Origin: Nemertoderma westbladi
Lineage: Eukaryota > Animalia > Xenacoelomorpha
Length of the DNA: 64,000 nucleotides
Direction of reading: 5' to 3'
NCBI GenBank assembly: GCA_032718475.1
Contig: JAUCBJ010008014.1
Span: 14,318 to 78,317, forward strand
Shown here: piece after piece, positions 1 through 13,041 of the stretch
How the letters are laid out: each line of letters begins with the position of its first letter
Position numbering within the stretch: the stretch's first letter is position 1
Notes under the pieces: generated by a model
The model's database searches: none
The model's input: the letters and a program-made list of their open reading frames with translations, nothing else
What the model was told of the DNA's origin: nothing
Made by a program: the position numbers and the translations under genes

Positions 1-2802
1 CTACCGATACAGTAAGTATATCGTGGTAGAGTAGAGTAGACACGACGGGACACCGCCTACCGATACAGTAAGTATATCGTGGTAGAGTAGAGTAGACACG
101 ACGAGACACCGCCTACCGATACAGTAAGTATATCGTGGTAGAGTAGAGTAGACACGACGGGACACCGCCTACCGATACAGTAAGTATATCGTGGTAGAGT
201 AGAGTAGACACGACGGGACACCGCCTACCGATACAGTAAGTATATCGTGGTAGAGTAGAGTAGACACGACAAGACACCGCCTACCGATACAGTACGTATA
301 TCGTGGTAGAGTAGAGTAGACACGACGGGACACCGCCTACCGATACAGTAAGTATATCGTGGTAGAGTAGAGTAGACACGACGGGACACCACCTACCGAT
401 ACAGTTAGTATATCGTGGTAGAGTAGAGTAGACACGACGAGACACCGCCTACCGGTACAGTAAGTATATCGTGGTAGAGTAGACACGACGGGACACCGCC
501 TACCGATACAGTAAGTATATCGTGGTAGAGTAGAGTAGACACGACGGGACACCGCCTACCGATACAGTAAGTATATCTTGGTAGAGTAGAGTAGACACGA
601 CGGGACACCGCCTACCGATACAGTAAGTATATCGTGGTAGAGTAGAGTAGACACGACGAGACACCGCCTACCTATACAGTAAGTATATCGTGGTAGAGTA
701 GAGTAGACACGACGGGACACCGCCTACCGATACAGTAAGTATATCGTGGTAGAGTAGAGTAGACACGACGGGACACCGCCTACCGATACAGTAAGTATAT
801 CGTGGTAGAGTAGAGTAGACACGACGAGACACCGCCTACCGATACAGTAAGTATATCGTGGTAGAGTAGAGTAGACACGACGGGACACCGCCTACCGATA
901 CAGTAAGTATATCGTGGTAGAGTAGAGTAGACACGACGGGACACCGCCTACCGATACAGTAAGTATATCGTGGTAGAGTAGAGTAGACACGACGGGGCAC
1001 CGCCTACCGATACAGTAAGTATATCGTGGTAGAGTAGAGTAGTCACGACGGGACACCGCCTACCGATACAGTAAGTATATCGTGGTAGAGTAGAGTAGAC
1101 ACGACGAGACACCGCCTACCGATACAGTAAGTATATCGTGGTAGAGTAGAGTAGACACGACGGGACACCGCCTACCGATACAGTAAGTATATCGTGGTAG
1201 AGTAGAGTAGACACGACGGGACACCGCCTACCGATACAGTAAGTATATCGTGGTAGAGTAGAGTAGACACGACGGGGCACCGCCTACCGATACAGTAAGT
1301 ATATCGTGGTAGAGTAGAGTAGACACGACGGGACACCGCCTACCGATACAGTAAGTATATCGTGGTAGAGTAGAGTAGACACGACGAGACGCCGCCTACC
1401 GATACAGTAAGTATATCGTGGTAGAGTAGAGTAGACACGACGGGACACCGCCTACCGATACAGTAAGTATATCGTGGTAGAGTAGACACGACGGGACACC
1501 GCCTACCGATACAGTAAGTATATCGTGGTAGAGTAGAGTAGACACGACGAGACACCGCCTACCGATACAGTAAGTATATCGTGGTAGAGTAGAGTAGACA
1601 CGACGGGACACCGCCTACCGATACAGTAAGTATATCGTGGTAGAGTAGAGTAGACACGACGAGACACCGCCTACCGATACAGTAAGTATATCGTGGTAGA
1701 GTAGAGTAGACACGACGGGACACCGCCTACCGATACAGTAAGTATATCGTGGTAGAGTAGAGTAGACACGACGAGACACCGCCTACCGATACAGTAAGTA
1801 TATCGTGGTAGAGTAGAGTAGACACGACGAGACACCGCCTACCGATACAGTAAGTATATCGTGGTAGAGTAGAGTAGACACGACGAGACGCCGCCTACCG
1901 ATACAGTAAGTATATAGTGGTAGAGTAGAGTAGAGTAGACACGACGAGACACCGCCTACCGATACGGTAAGTATATCGTGGTAGAGTAGACACGACGAGA
2001 CACCGCCTACCGATACAGTAAGTATATCGTGGTAGAGTAGAGTAGACATGACGGGACACCGCCTACCGATACAGTAAGTATATCGTGGTAGAGTAGAGTA
2101 GACACGACGAGACACCGCCTACCGATACAGTAAGTATATCGTGGTAGAGTAGACACAACGGGACACCGCCTACCGATACAGTAAGTATATCGTGGTAGAG
2201 TAGAGTAGACACGACGAGACACCGCCTACCGATACAGTAAGTATATCGTGGTAGAGTAGAGTAGACACGACGGGACACCGCCTACCGATACAGTAAGTAT
2301 ATCGTGGTAGAGTAGAGTAGACACGACGAGACACCGCCTACCGATACAGTAGGTATATCGTGGTAGAGTAGACACAACGGGACACCGCCTACCGATACAG
2401 TAAGTATATCGTGGTAGAGTAGAGTAGACACGACGGGACACAGCCTACCGATACAGTTAGTATATCCTGGTAGAGTAGAGTAGACACGACGAGACACCGC
2501 CTACCGATACAGTAAGTATATCGTGGTAGAGTAGACACGATGAGACACCGCCTACCGATACAGTAAGTATATCGTGGTAGAGTAGACACGATGAGACACC
2601 GCCTACCGATACAGTAAGTATACCGTGGTAGAGTAGAGTAGACACGACGAGACGCCGCCTACCGATACAGTAAGTATATCGTGGTAGAGTAGAGTAGACA
2701 CGACGAGACACCGCCTACCGATACAGTAAGTATATCGTGGTAGAGTAGAGTAGACACGACGAGACACCGCCTACCGATACAGTAAGTATATCGTGGTAGA
2801 GT
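1..2802 (+). repeat. 56-bp minisatellite (51-bp variants), about 50 copies, truncated by the window start; each unit contains a donor-like ACA|gtaagt
   Basis: Unit ctaccgatacagtaagtatatcgtggtagagtagagtagacacgacgggacaccgc recurs at 1, 57, 113 and onward; units differ in the number of gagta pentamers. Confidence 0.97.
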
Positions 2803-3115
2803 TTGTGTTTAGTAGCTCGCAAGTAACGCTGTGGGGTGTCGTTAATCAAACCTGCGCCTTTTATAGTCAACGCAGTTAGCAAGCAAACAGTCGGCCGAAG
2901 CCGGAGGCGACCCGATGGCTCCTCTTTCGATAGCTGCTACCCGAGGGTAGGGGTGGGCGCTACTCCTATCCCAAGATTTGCTCCCAGTTATTTAACTGGT
3001 ACTCATTTCATCGACCCCAGTGGATGAAAGGCTGAGTGGACCCTGGCGGCGCTGAACCTACCGGTACAACCAATAGATAGAAGGTCCTGCGCTCAACCAA
3101 CCTTTGTCAACGCAG
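2803..3115 (-). mobile_element. tRNA-derived SINE, MetaSINE-like
   Basis: The minus strand has a degenerate A/B-box head, then gggtccactcagcctttcatccactggggtcgatgaaatgagtacc, which resembles the Meta-domain core as I recall it (not searched). Confidence 0.55.
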
Positions 3116-3135
3116 TACTCGTCTCTATATCTAAT

Positions 3136-5665
3136 AACGCTGGTAGGCTTACTCACACATTTATTTAACAAGGCTGGTAGGCTTACTCATACATTTATTT
3201 ACCAAAGGCTGGTAGGCTTTCTCACACATGTATTTAATAAGGCTGGTAGGCTTACTCACATTTATTTAACAAGGCTGGTAGACTTACTCACACATTTATT
3301 TAATAAGGCTGGTAGGCTTACTCACACATTTATTTAATAAGGCTGGTAGGCTTACTCGCACATTTATTTAACAAGGCTGGTAGGCTTACTCACACATTTA
3401 TTTAATAAGACTGGTAGGTAGGCTTACTCACACATTTATTTAATAAGGCTGGTAGGCTTACTCACACATTTATTTAATAACGCTGGTAGGCTTACTCACA
3501 CATTTATTTAATAAGGCTGGTAGGCTTACTCGCACATTTATTTAACAAGGCTGGTAGGCTTACTCACACATTTATTTAATAAGACTGGTAGGTAGGCTTA
3601 CTCACACATTTATTTAATAAGGCTGGTAGGCTTACTCACACATTTATTTAATAACGCTGGTAGGCTTACTCACACATTTATTTAACAAGGCTGGAAGGCT
3701 TACTCATACATTTATTTACCAAAGGCTGGTAGGCTTACTCACACATTTATTTAACAAGGCTGGTAGGCTTACTCACACATTTATTTAATAAGGCTGGTAG
3801 GCTTACTCACACATTTATTTAATAAGACTGGTTGGTAGGCTTACTCACACATTTATTTAACAAGGCTGGTAGGCTTACTCACACATTTATTTAACAAAGG
3901 CTGGTAGGCTTTCTCACACATTTATTTAATAAGGCTGGTAGGCTTACTCACATTTATTTAACAAGGCTGGTAGACTTACTCACACATTTATTTAATAAGG
4001 CTGGTAGGCTTACTCACATTTATTTAACAAGGCAGGTAGACTTACTCACACATTTATTTAATAAGGCTGGTAGGCTTACTAACACATTTATTTAACAAGG
4101 CTGGTAGGCTTACTCACACATTTATTTAATAAGGCTGGTAGACTTACTCACACATTTATTTAATAAGGCTGGTAGGCTTACTAACACATTTATTTAACAA
4201 GACTGGTAGGCTTACTCACACATTTATTTAATAAGGCTGGTAGACTTACTCACACATTTATTTAACAAGATTGGTAGGCTTACTCACACATTTATTTAAT
4301 AAGGCTGGTAGACTTACTCACACATTTATTTAATAAGGCTGGTAGACTTACTCACACATTTATTTAATAAAGCTGGTAGGCTTACTCACACATTTATTTA
4401 ATAAGGCTGGTAGACTTACTCACACATTTATTTAACAAGGTTGGTAGGCTTACTCACACATTTATTTAATAAGGCTGGTAGGCTTACTCACACATTTATT
4501 TAATAAGGCTGGTAGACTTACTCACACATTTATTTAACAAGGTTGGTAGGCTTACTCACACATTTATTTAATAAGGCTGGTAGGCTTACTCACACATTTA
4601 TTTAATAAGGCTGGTAGACTTACTCACACATTTATTTAATAAGGCTGGTAGACTTACTCACACATTTATTTAATAAAGCTGGTAGGCTTACTCACACATT
4701 TATTTAATAAGGCTGGTAGGCTTACTAACACATTTATTTAACAAGGCTGGTAGGCTTACTCACACATTTATTTAATAAGGCTGGTAGACTTACTCACACA
4801 TTTATTTAATAAGGCTGGTAGGCTTACTCACACATTTATTTAATAAGGCTGGTAGGCTTACTAACACATTTATTTAATAAGGCTGGTAGGCTTACTCACA
4901 CATTTATTTAATAAGGCTGGTAGACTTACTCACACATTTATTTAATAAGGCTGGTAGACTTACTCACACATTTATTTAATAAAGCTGGTAGGCTTACTCA
5001 CACATTTATTTAATAAGGCTGGTAGGCTTACTAACACATTTATTTAACAAGGCTGGTAGGCTTACTCACACATTTATTTAATAAGGCTGGTAGACTTACT
5101 CACACATTTATTTAATAAGGCTGGTAGGCTTACTCACACATTTATTTAATAACGCTGGTAGGCTTACTAACACATTTATTTAATAAGGCTGGTAGGCTTA
5201 CTCACACATTTATTTAATAATGCTTGTAGGCTTACTCACACATTTATTTAATAAGGCTGGTAGGCTTACTCACACATTTATTTAATAAGGTTGGTAGGCT
5301 TACTCACACATTTATTTAATAAGGCTGGTAGACTTACTCACACATTTATTTAATAAGGGTGGTAGGCTTACTAACACATTTATTTAATAAGGCTGGTAGG
5401 CTTACTCACACATTTATTTAATAAGACTGGTAGGCTTACTCACACATTTATTTAATAAGGCTGGTAGGCTTACTCACACATTTATTTAATAAGGCTGGTA
5501 GGCTTACTCACACATTTATTTAATAAGGCTGGTAGGCTTACTCACACATTTATTTAATAAGGCTGGTAGGCTTACTCACACATTTATTTAATAAGGCTGG
5601 TAGGCTTACTCACACATTTATTTAATAAGGCTGGTAGGCTTACTCACACATTTATTTAATAAGGC
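3136..5665. repeat. 34-bp minisatellite, about 70 copies
   Basis: Unit ggctggtaggcttactcacacatttatttaataa; period 34 (for example 5527 to 5561). Confidence 0.97.
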
Positions 5666-8600
5666 TTTGGTGGAGCAACTGGGGGTCTTTTGGCGGTAGG
5701 TCGGCTTACTCACACATTTATTTAACAAGGCTTTAGTGGAACAAGTGGGGATCTTTTAGCGGTAGGTAGGCTTACTCACACATTTATTTAACAAGGCTTT
5801 AGTGGAACAAGTGAGGATATTTTAGCGGTAGGTCGGCTTACTCACACATTTATTTAACAAGGCTTTAGTGGAACATGTGGGGATCTTTTAGCGGTAGGTC
5901 GGCTTACTCACACATTTATTTAACAAGGCTTTAGTGGAACAAGTGGGGATCTTTTAGCGGTAGGTAGGCTTACTCACACATTTATTTAACAAAGGCTTTT
6001 GTGGAGCAAGTGGGGTTCTTTTAGCGGTAGGTAGGCTTACTCACACATTTATTTAACAAGGCTTTGGTGGAGCAAGTGGGGGTTTTTTGGCGGTAGGTAG
6101 GCTTACTCACACATTTATTTAACAAAGGCTTTGGTGGAGCAAGTGGGGTTCTTTTAGCGGTAGGTAGGCTTACTCACACATTTATTTAACAAGGCTTTAG
6201 TGGAACAAGTGGGGATCTTTTAGCGGTAGGTAGGCTTACTCACACATTTATTTAACAAGGCTTTGGTGGAGCAAGTGGGGGTTTTTTGGCGGTAGGTAGG
6301 CTTACTCACACATTTATTTAACAAAGGCTTTGGTGGAGCAAGTGGGGTTCTTTTAGCGGTAGGTAGGCTTACTCACACATTTATTTAACAAGGCTTTAGT
6401 GGAACAAGTGAGGATATTTTAGCGGTAGGTCGGCTTACTCACACATTTATTTAACAAGGCTTTAGTTGAACAAGTGGGGATCTTTTAGCGGTAGGTAGGC
6501 TTACTCACACATTTATTTAACAAGGCTTTGGTGGAGCAAGTGGGGGTCTTTTGGCGGTAGGTAGGCTTACTCACACATTTATTTAACAAAGGCTTTGGTG
6601 GAGCAAATGGGGTTCTTTTAGCGGTAGGTAGGCTTACTCACACATTTATTTAACAAGGCTTTAGTGGAACAAGTGAGGATATTTTAGCGGTAGGTCGGCT
6701 TACTCACACATTTATTTAACAAGGCTTTAGTGGAACAAGTGGGGATCTTTTAGCGGTAGGTCGGCTTACTCACACATTTATTTAACAAGGCTTTAGTGGA
6801 ACAAGTGAGGATATTTTAGCGGTAGGTAGGCTTACTCACACATTTATTTAACAAGGCTTTAGTGGAACAAGTGAGGATATTTTAGCGGTAGGTCGGCTTA
6901 CTCACACATTTATTTAACAAGGCTTTAGTGGAACAAGTGAGGATATTTTAGCGGTAGGTCGGCTTACTCACACATTTATTTAACAAGGCTTTAGTGGAAC
7001 AAGTGAGGATATTTTAGCGGTAGGTAGGCTTACTCACACATTTATTTAACAAAGGCTTTGGTGGAGCAAGTGGGGTTCTTTTAGCGGTAGGTAGGCTTAC
7101 TCACACATTTATTTAACAAGGCTTTGGTGGAGCAAGTGGGGGTTTTTTGGCGGTAGGTAGGCTTACTCACACATTTATTTAACAAAGGCTTTGGTGGAGC
7201 AAGTGGGGTTCTTTTAGCGGTAGGTAGGCTTACTCACACATTTATTTAACAAGGCTTTGGTGGAGCAAGTGGGGGTTTTTTGGCGGTAGGTAGGCTTACT
7301 CACACATTTATTTAACAAAGGCTTTGGTGGAGCAAGTGGGGTTCTTTTAGCGGTAGGTAGGCTTACTCACACATTTATTTAACAAGGCTTTGGTGGAGCA
7401 AGTGGGGGTTTTTTGGCGGTAGGTAGGCTTACTCACACATTTATTTAACAAGGCTTTAGTGGAACAAGTGAGGATATTTTAGCGGTAGGTCGGCTTACTC
7501 ACACATTTATTTAACAAGGCTTTAGTGGAACAAGTGAGGATATTTTAGCGGTAGGTAGGCTTACTCACACATTTATTTAACAAGGCTTTAGTGGAACAAG
7601 TGAGGATATTTTAGCGGTAGGTCGGCTTACTCACACATTTATTTAACAAGGCTTTGGTGGAACAAGTGGGGATCTTTTAGCGGTAGGTAGGCTTACTCAC
7701 ACATTTATTTAACAAGGCTTTGGTGGAGCAAGTGGGGATCTTTTTGTGGTAGGTCGGCTTACTCACACATTTATTTAACAAGGCTTTAGTGGAACAAGTG
7801 GGGATCTTTTAGCGGTAGGTAGGCTTACTCACACATTTATTTAACAAGGCTTTAGTGGAACAAGTGAGGATATTTTAGCGGTAGGTCGGCTTACTCACAC
7901 ATTTATTTAACAAGGCTTTGGTGGAACAAGTGGGGGTCTTTTAGCGGTAGGTAGGCTTACTCACACATTTATTTAACAAGGCTTTGGTGGAGCAAGTGGG
8001 GATCTTTTTGTGGTAGGTCGGCTTACTCACACATTTATTTAACAAGGCTTTAGTGGAACAAGTGGGGATCTTTTAGCGGTAGGTAGGCTTACTCACACAT
8101 TTATTTAACAAGGCTTTAGTGGAACAAGTGGGGATCTTTTAGCGGTAGGTAGGCTTACTCACACATTTATTTAACAAGGCTTTGGTGGAGCAAGTGGGGA
8201 TCTTTTTGTGGTAGGTCGGCTTACTCACACATTTATTTAACAAGGCTTTAGTGGAACAAGTGGGGATCTTTTAGCGGTAGGTCGGCTTACTCACACATTT
8301 ATTTAACAAGGCTTTGGTGGAGCAAGTGGGGATCTTTTTGTGGTAGGTCGGCTTACTCACACATTTATTTAACAAGGCTTTAGTGGAACAAGTGGGGATC
8401 TTTTAGCGGTAGGTAGGCTTACTCACACATTTATTTAACAAGGCTTTAGTGGAACAAGTGAGGATATTTTAGCGGTAGGTCGGCTTACTCACACATTTAT
8501 TTAACAAGGCTTTGGTGGAACAAGTGGGGGTCTTTTAGCGGTAGGTAGATTTACAGTACATATACATTTCTTTAGTGGAACAAGTGGGGATCTTTTAGCG

Positions 8601-10175
8601 GTAGGTCGGCTTACTCACACATTTATTTAACAAGGCTTTGGTGGAACAAGTGAGGATATTTTAGCGGTAGGTAGGCTTACTCACACATTTATTTAACAAG
8701 GCTTTAGTGGAACAAGTGAGGATATTTTAGCGGTAGGTCGGCTTACTCACACATTTATTTAACAAGGCTTTGGTGGAGCAAGTGGGGATCTTTTTGTGGT
8801 AGGTCGGCTTACTCACACATTTATTTAACAAGGCTTTAGTGGAACAAGTGGGGATCTTTTAGCGGTAGGTAGGCTTACTCACACATTTATTTAACAAGGC
8901 TTTAGTGGAACAAGTGAGGATATTTTAGCGGTAGGTCGGCTTACTCACACATTTATTTAATAAGGCTGGTAGGCTTACTCACACATTTATTTAATAAGGC
9001 TGGTAGGCTTACTCACACATTTATTTAATAAGGCTTTGGTGGAGCAACTGGGGGTCTTTTAGCGGTAGGTCGGCTTACTCACACATTTATTTAACAAGGC
9101 TTTAGTGGAACAAGTGAGGATATTTTAGCGGTAGGTCGGCTTACTCACACATTTATTTAATAAGGCTGGTAGGCTTACTCACACATTTATTTAATAAGGC
9201 TGGTAGGCTTACTCACACATTTATTTAATAAGGCTTTGGTGGAGCAACTGGGGGTCTTTTAGCGGTAGGTCGGCTTACTCACACATTTATTTAACAAGGC
9301 TTTAGTGGAACAAGTGAGGATATTTTAGCGGTAGGTAGGCTTACTCACACATTTATTTAACAAGGCTTTAGTGGAACAAGTGAGGATATTTTAGCGGTAG
9401 GTCGGCTTACTCACACATTTATTTAACAAGGCTTTGGTGGAACAAGTGGGGATCTTTTAGCGGTAGGTCGGCTTACTCACACATTTATTTAACAAGGCTT
9501 TGGTGGAGCAAGTGGGGATCTTTTTGTGGTAGGTCGGCTTACTCACACATTTATTTAACAAGGCTTTAGTGGAACAAGTGGGGATCTTTTAGCGGTAGGT
9601 AGGCTTACTCACACATTTATTTAACAAGGCTTTAGTGGAACAAGTGAGGATATTTTAGCGGTAGGTCGGCTTACTCACACATTTATTTAACAAGGCTTTG
9701 GTGGAACAAGTGGGGGTCTTTTAGCGGTAGGTAGATTTACAGTACATATACATTTCTTTAGTGGAACAAGTGGGGATCTTTTAGCGGTAGGTCGGCTTAC
9801 TCACACATTTATTTAACAAGGCTTTGGTGGAACAAGTGGGGGTCTTTTAGCGGTAGGTAGATTTACAGTACATATACATTTCTTTAGTGGAACAAGTGGG
9901 GATCTTTTAGCGGTAGGTCGGCTTACTCACACATTTATTTAACAAGGCTTTAGTGGAACAAGTGGGGATCTTTTAGCGGTAGGTAGGCTTACTCACACAT
10001 TTATTTAACAAGGCTTTGGTGGAACAAGTGGGGGTCTTTTAGCGGTAGGTAGATTTACAGTACATATACATTTCTTTAGTGGAACAAGTGGGGATCTTTT
10101 AGCGGTAGGTCGGCTTACTCACACATTTATTTAACAAGGCTTTAGTGGAACAAGTGGGGGTCTTTTTGTGGTAGG
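5666..10175. repeat. 66-bp minisatellite containing the 34-bp unit, about 65-70 copies
   Basis: Unit ggctttagtggaacaagtggggatcttttagcggtaggtaggcttactcacacatttatttaacaa; period 66 (8046 to 8112); interspersed 34-bp units near 8960-9230 and an agatttacagtacatatacatttc variant. Confidence 0.97.
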
Positions 10176-10556
10176 TATGTCTGTATGTAGGTCTACATAC
10201 ATATTTATCTTGGGTGGAATAAATGGAATGCCTTCGGCGGGGGAAACTAATTTGTTTGGAAAAAGTAACTTCTATATTATTATTATTATTAATGAATAAT
10301 TTGATGAACTCTGTAGTTTTAACAATGTAACTTGGCAGAGGATACGGATGTCAGAGAGGAGTTGAGACGCAGAGAGGTTACAGCAGTAAATTTTGCAAAC
10401 AGTCAAACAGAATCTTGAATGGCACCAATCATACTTACAGTAGAACGCAATTATCAGGTTTTGGTAAAACTTTAACAGCAAAAGTTAATTGTAAGTGTAG
10501 TTAGAACTTCAGTGGCTCTACAAACACATTGATTCTACATTAAATAACAAACTTAC

Positions 10557-10661
10557 ATTGTCTCTTTCAACCAATTCGGTTGAGTTCCCAGGGCTCTCTC
10601 CCAAACACTCCACAGCAGCAAGAGCTGCAAGAGTTAAAAGTAGAAGAGTTTCCTTGAACAT
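10557..10661 (-). CDS. Candidate signal-peptide first exon of an antisense nested gene
   Basis: Reads MFKETLLLLTLAALAAVECLGESPGNSTELVERDN, followed by a gtaagt donor; downstream exons not convincingly found. Confidence 0.3.
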
Positions 10662-11293
10662 AGTGACCGTCACTAGTTTTTTAGTTAGTAGTCTGTTATT
10701 TTTAGTTTTTTAGTTTACAAAATACTTCAAGCACTAAAATACAATATTCTGCGAATGAATATAACGACACTAACACGCCATACTTAAACTGTATAAAACG
10801 CAACCTAATAAACATTAAATACCAGCTGCTGCTTAGTGGAAGCAAAGTAGCGCAATGTTAGTAAATGGAGCGGCTTATATGAATAAATAATTGGTGTGTT
10901 TTATGAAATAAAGTAACGGACTGATAGACCAACACAAACTCTCCTAATAAAAAGGTGCCTTAGAGACAAGCCGTTACATCTACGGATATTGGTTTCGGTG
11001 AACAGGAAAGAGCAAATAATTTATATGAAAAAATAGTTGGAATTCCTACTTGGTGAGGTACAGTACCCATGCACAGCTACAGTACTGCAGTATACAGTTG
11101 ATGTATAGCCGCATAATAGAAGGCAATATACAGTATGACTAATACATTGCATTGGAGATTATACGGTATGAATCCATCTGGATAGGATTAATCAACCCGA
11201 TTTTAGCCAATTTGCTGATTGTATATTTGTTACGGTAGCGGAGTTGTGCGCTTGCGCGCGCACCGTAAGCGTAGGATTGCGCAACTATCGTAC

Positions 11294-12188
11294 TACGTGT
11301 GGCTAAGTCACACGAATAGTTCCCAAAAGGCACTTTGGCATTTTTTCCAGGTACCTAAATAATTGCAACCAGCGTAAATGCCAAAATGCCAGAGTGCTTT
11401 TTGGGAACTGTAGTATAAATCCTTAAGATATTCTTTCGCCCACGTCACCGGGGGTATCATATTGATTGTTAAGAAGATATTGTTAAGAACGACCAAACTC
11501 GCGGTGACAAATTAATAATATTAATAACAAATTAATTAATTAAATTAAACTGTGTGCAAATTTTCGACCAACAGGTCTTTTACGAGCACAAAATAAATAA
11601 ATAAATGGTGTATGATTACTGGTATAAAGGATAAACCGTATTACGAGAAACTAGCGGGAATTTTGAAATATTTGAAATATTGCCAGAAACTGGCGGGAAT
11701 TTTGAAATATGAAATGTGAAATATTACCGGTATTTTATTTTTGATAGTAATCAGCTGTTATTTGCGTCGAATTTCCCCTGGAGAGGGATTAATTTTTATT
11801 GCGTTGAAAGTCCCCCCTATCTGCAGTCAATACTGCGAATTAATATTAATACTATGTTGAACTACAATAACTAAGTAATACTTTATCAATTAAATATTAC
11901 TGTATGTTATGGAGTACATTATATGGCCTACACACTTTACACTTATACAGCCAACGGTTCTTAAAAAGGATAAAGTTCTTTAGGCCAACCCAACCCGGAT
12001 CTCAGCGAATAATGAATTTCAACTAAATGCCATAATGTCTTTGGGGAACTGTTATAATCATTCTACAGTTCCCCAAAAGCACTCTGGCATTTTGGCATTT
12101 ACGCTGGTTGCAATTATTTAGGTACCTGGAAAATGCCAAAATGCCAAAGTGCCTTTTGGGAACTATTCGTGTGACTTAGCCACACGTA
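11294..12188. mobile_element. Non-autonomous DNA transposon with about 120-bp TIRs and a 6-bp TSD (IS3EU-like ends)
   Basis: TIR tacgtgtggctaagtcacacgaatagttcccaaaagg... at 11294 and its reverse complement ending at 12188; tcgtac is duplicated at 11288-11293 and 12189-12194. Confidence 0.85.
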
Positions 12189-12371
12189 TCGTACTCGGGC
12201 AGCTAGTATGGATTGTTCATAGAGTTATTGAGGTTAAAAGAGTTCGATGTTTCTGTAGACTATAGTACTGTAGTATGTATTTTGTTTGTTGAAAGTGAAT
12301 AATAGATAACTTAACTGATTATTGTGATCAATGATTTTTAACTTTACTAATAGATATTACACCATACTTAG

Positions 12372-12497
12372 CTGACTTGGTACCGTATTGACCTGACCAT
12401 CTTGACCGGTACAAAACGTCCTATAGAAGACATTTTAGAGAAAATGAGCAAAGAAAATATGGCGACAGTGTCAAGTAAAACTGAACGGACACAGACG
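12372..12497 (+). CDS. Possible adhesion GPCR GAIN-region exon
   Basis: ag|LTWYRIDLTILTGTKRPIEDILEKMSKENMATVSSKTERTQT|gtgact; phase 0 matches the 12857 exon; 5' boundary uncertain. Confidence 0.4.
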
Positions 12498-12614
12498 GTG
12501 ACTCAATTTAACTTATATTCGATATACAGTAGTACATGATTAAAATGTATAAATGAGTATCCATAAAATCCTTTCTTAACAAACCGAACGCTGATAAGTT
12601 GAGATAATGTAACA

Positions 12615-12772
12615 AAATTACATACAACATTGCTTGCAAAGGTCACTTTTCAGCGTTAAAGACCCTTGTTTATTTATGTAAACCTCCCACGCTGCGCTCG
12701 CTCGGTACATAAATAAACTCGGGTCATAACGCTGCAAAGCGCTACTTTGCACACAATTATGTGAATAGTTAT
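12615..12772. mobile_element. Short palindromic MITE-like foldback
   Basis: Imperfect inverted arms tgcaaag..cagcgtta.gaccc..gtttatttatgta and tacataaataaac.cgggtc.taacgctg..ctttgca. Confidence 0.6.
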
Positions 12773-12856
12773 ATTTACCGGAGTTTTTTTACTTTTATGC
12801 TACTCCAGTACCAGCAAACAGATGTGTAAGGTTCCATTGGATTTATTTCTATATAG

Positions 12857-13041
12857 GTTATTATAGTTTACAAACTGCGACCACAGGATGTTACCGAGCC
12901 CGTTGTAATTCCTCCTAAAGGCCTAGTTACCGAGAGAGACGGAGTCAACATTCCCGCTTCTGTTATATCAACTATTTCCGCTCAGTATGTCACTGTCGTT
13001 GGTTCGTTCTTCCCGACATTGGAAGCGGCGGATCACAAAAG
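12857..13041 (+). CDS. aGPCR exon, GAIN domain
   Basis: tatag|VIIVYKLRPQDVTEPVVIPPKGLVTERDGVNIPASVISTISAQYVTVVGSFFPTLEAADHK|gttata; phase 2 joins 13608. Confidence 0.75.

Noticed and set aside
337-2711. Many short minus-strand ORFs
   Set aside because: Translations of the 56/51-bp repeat.
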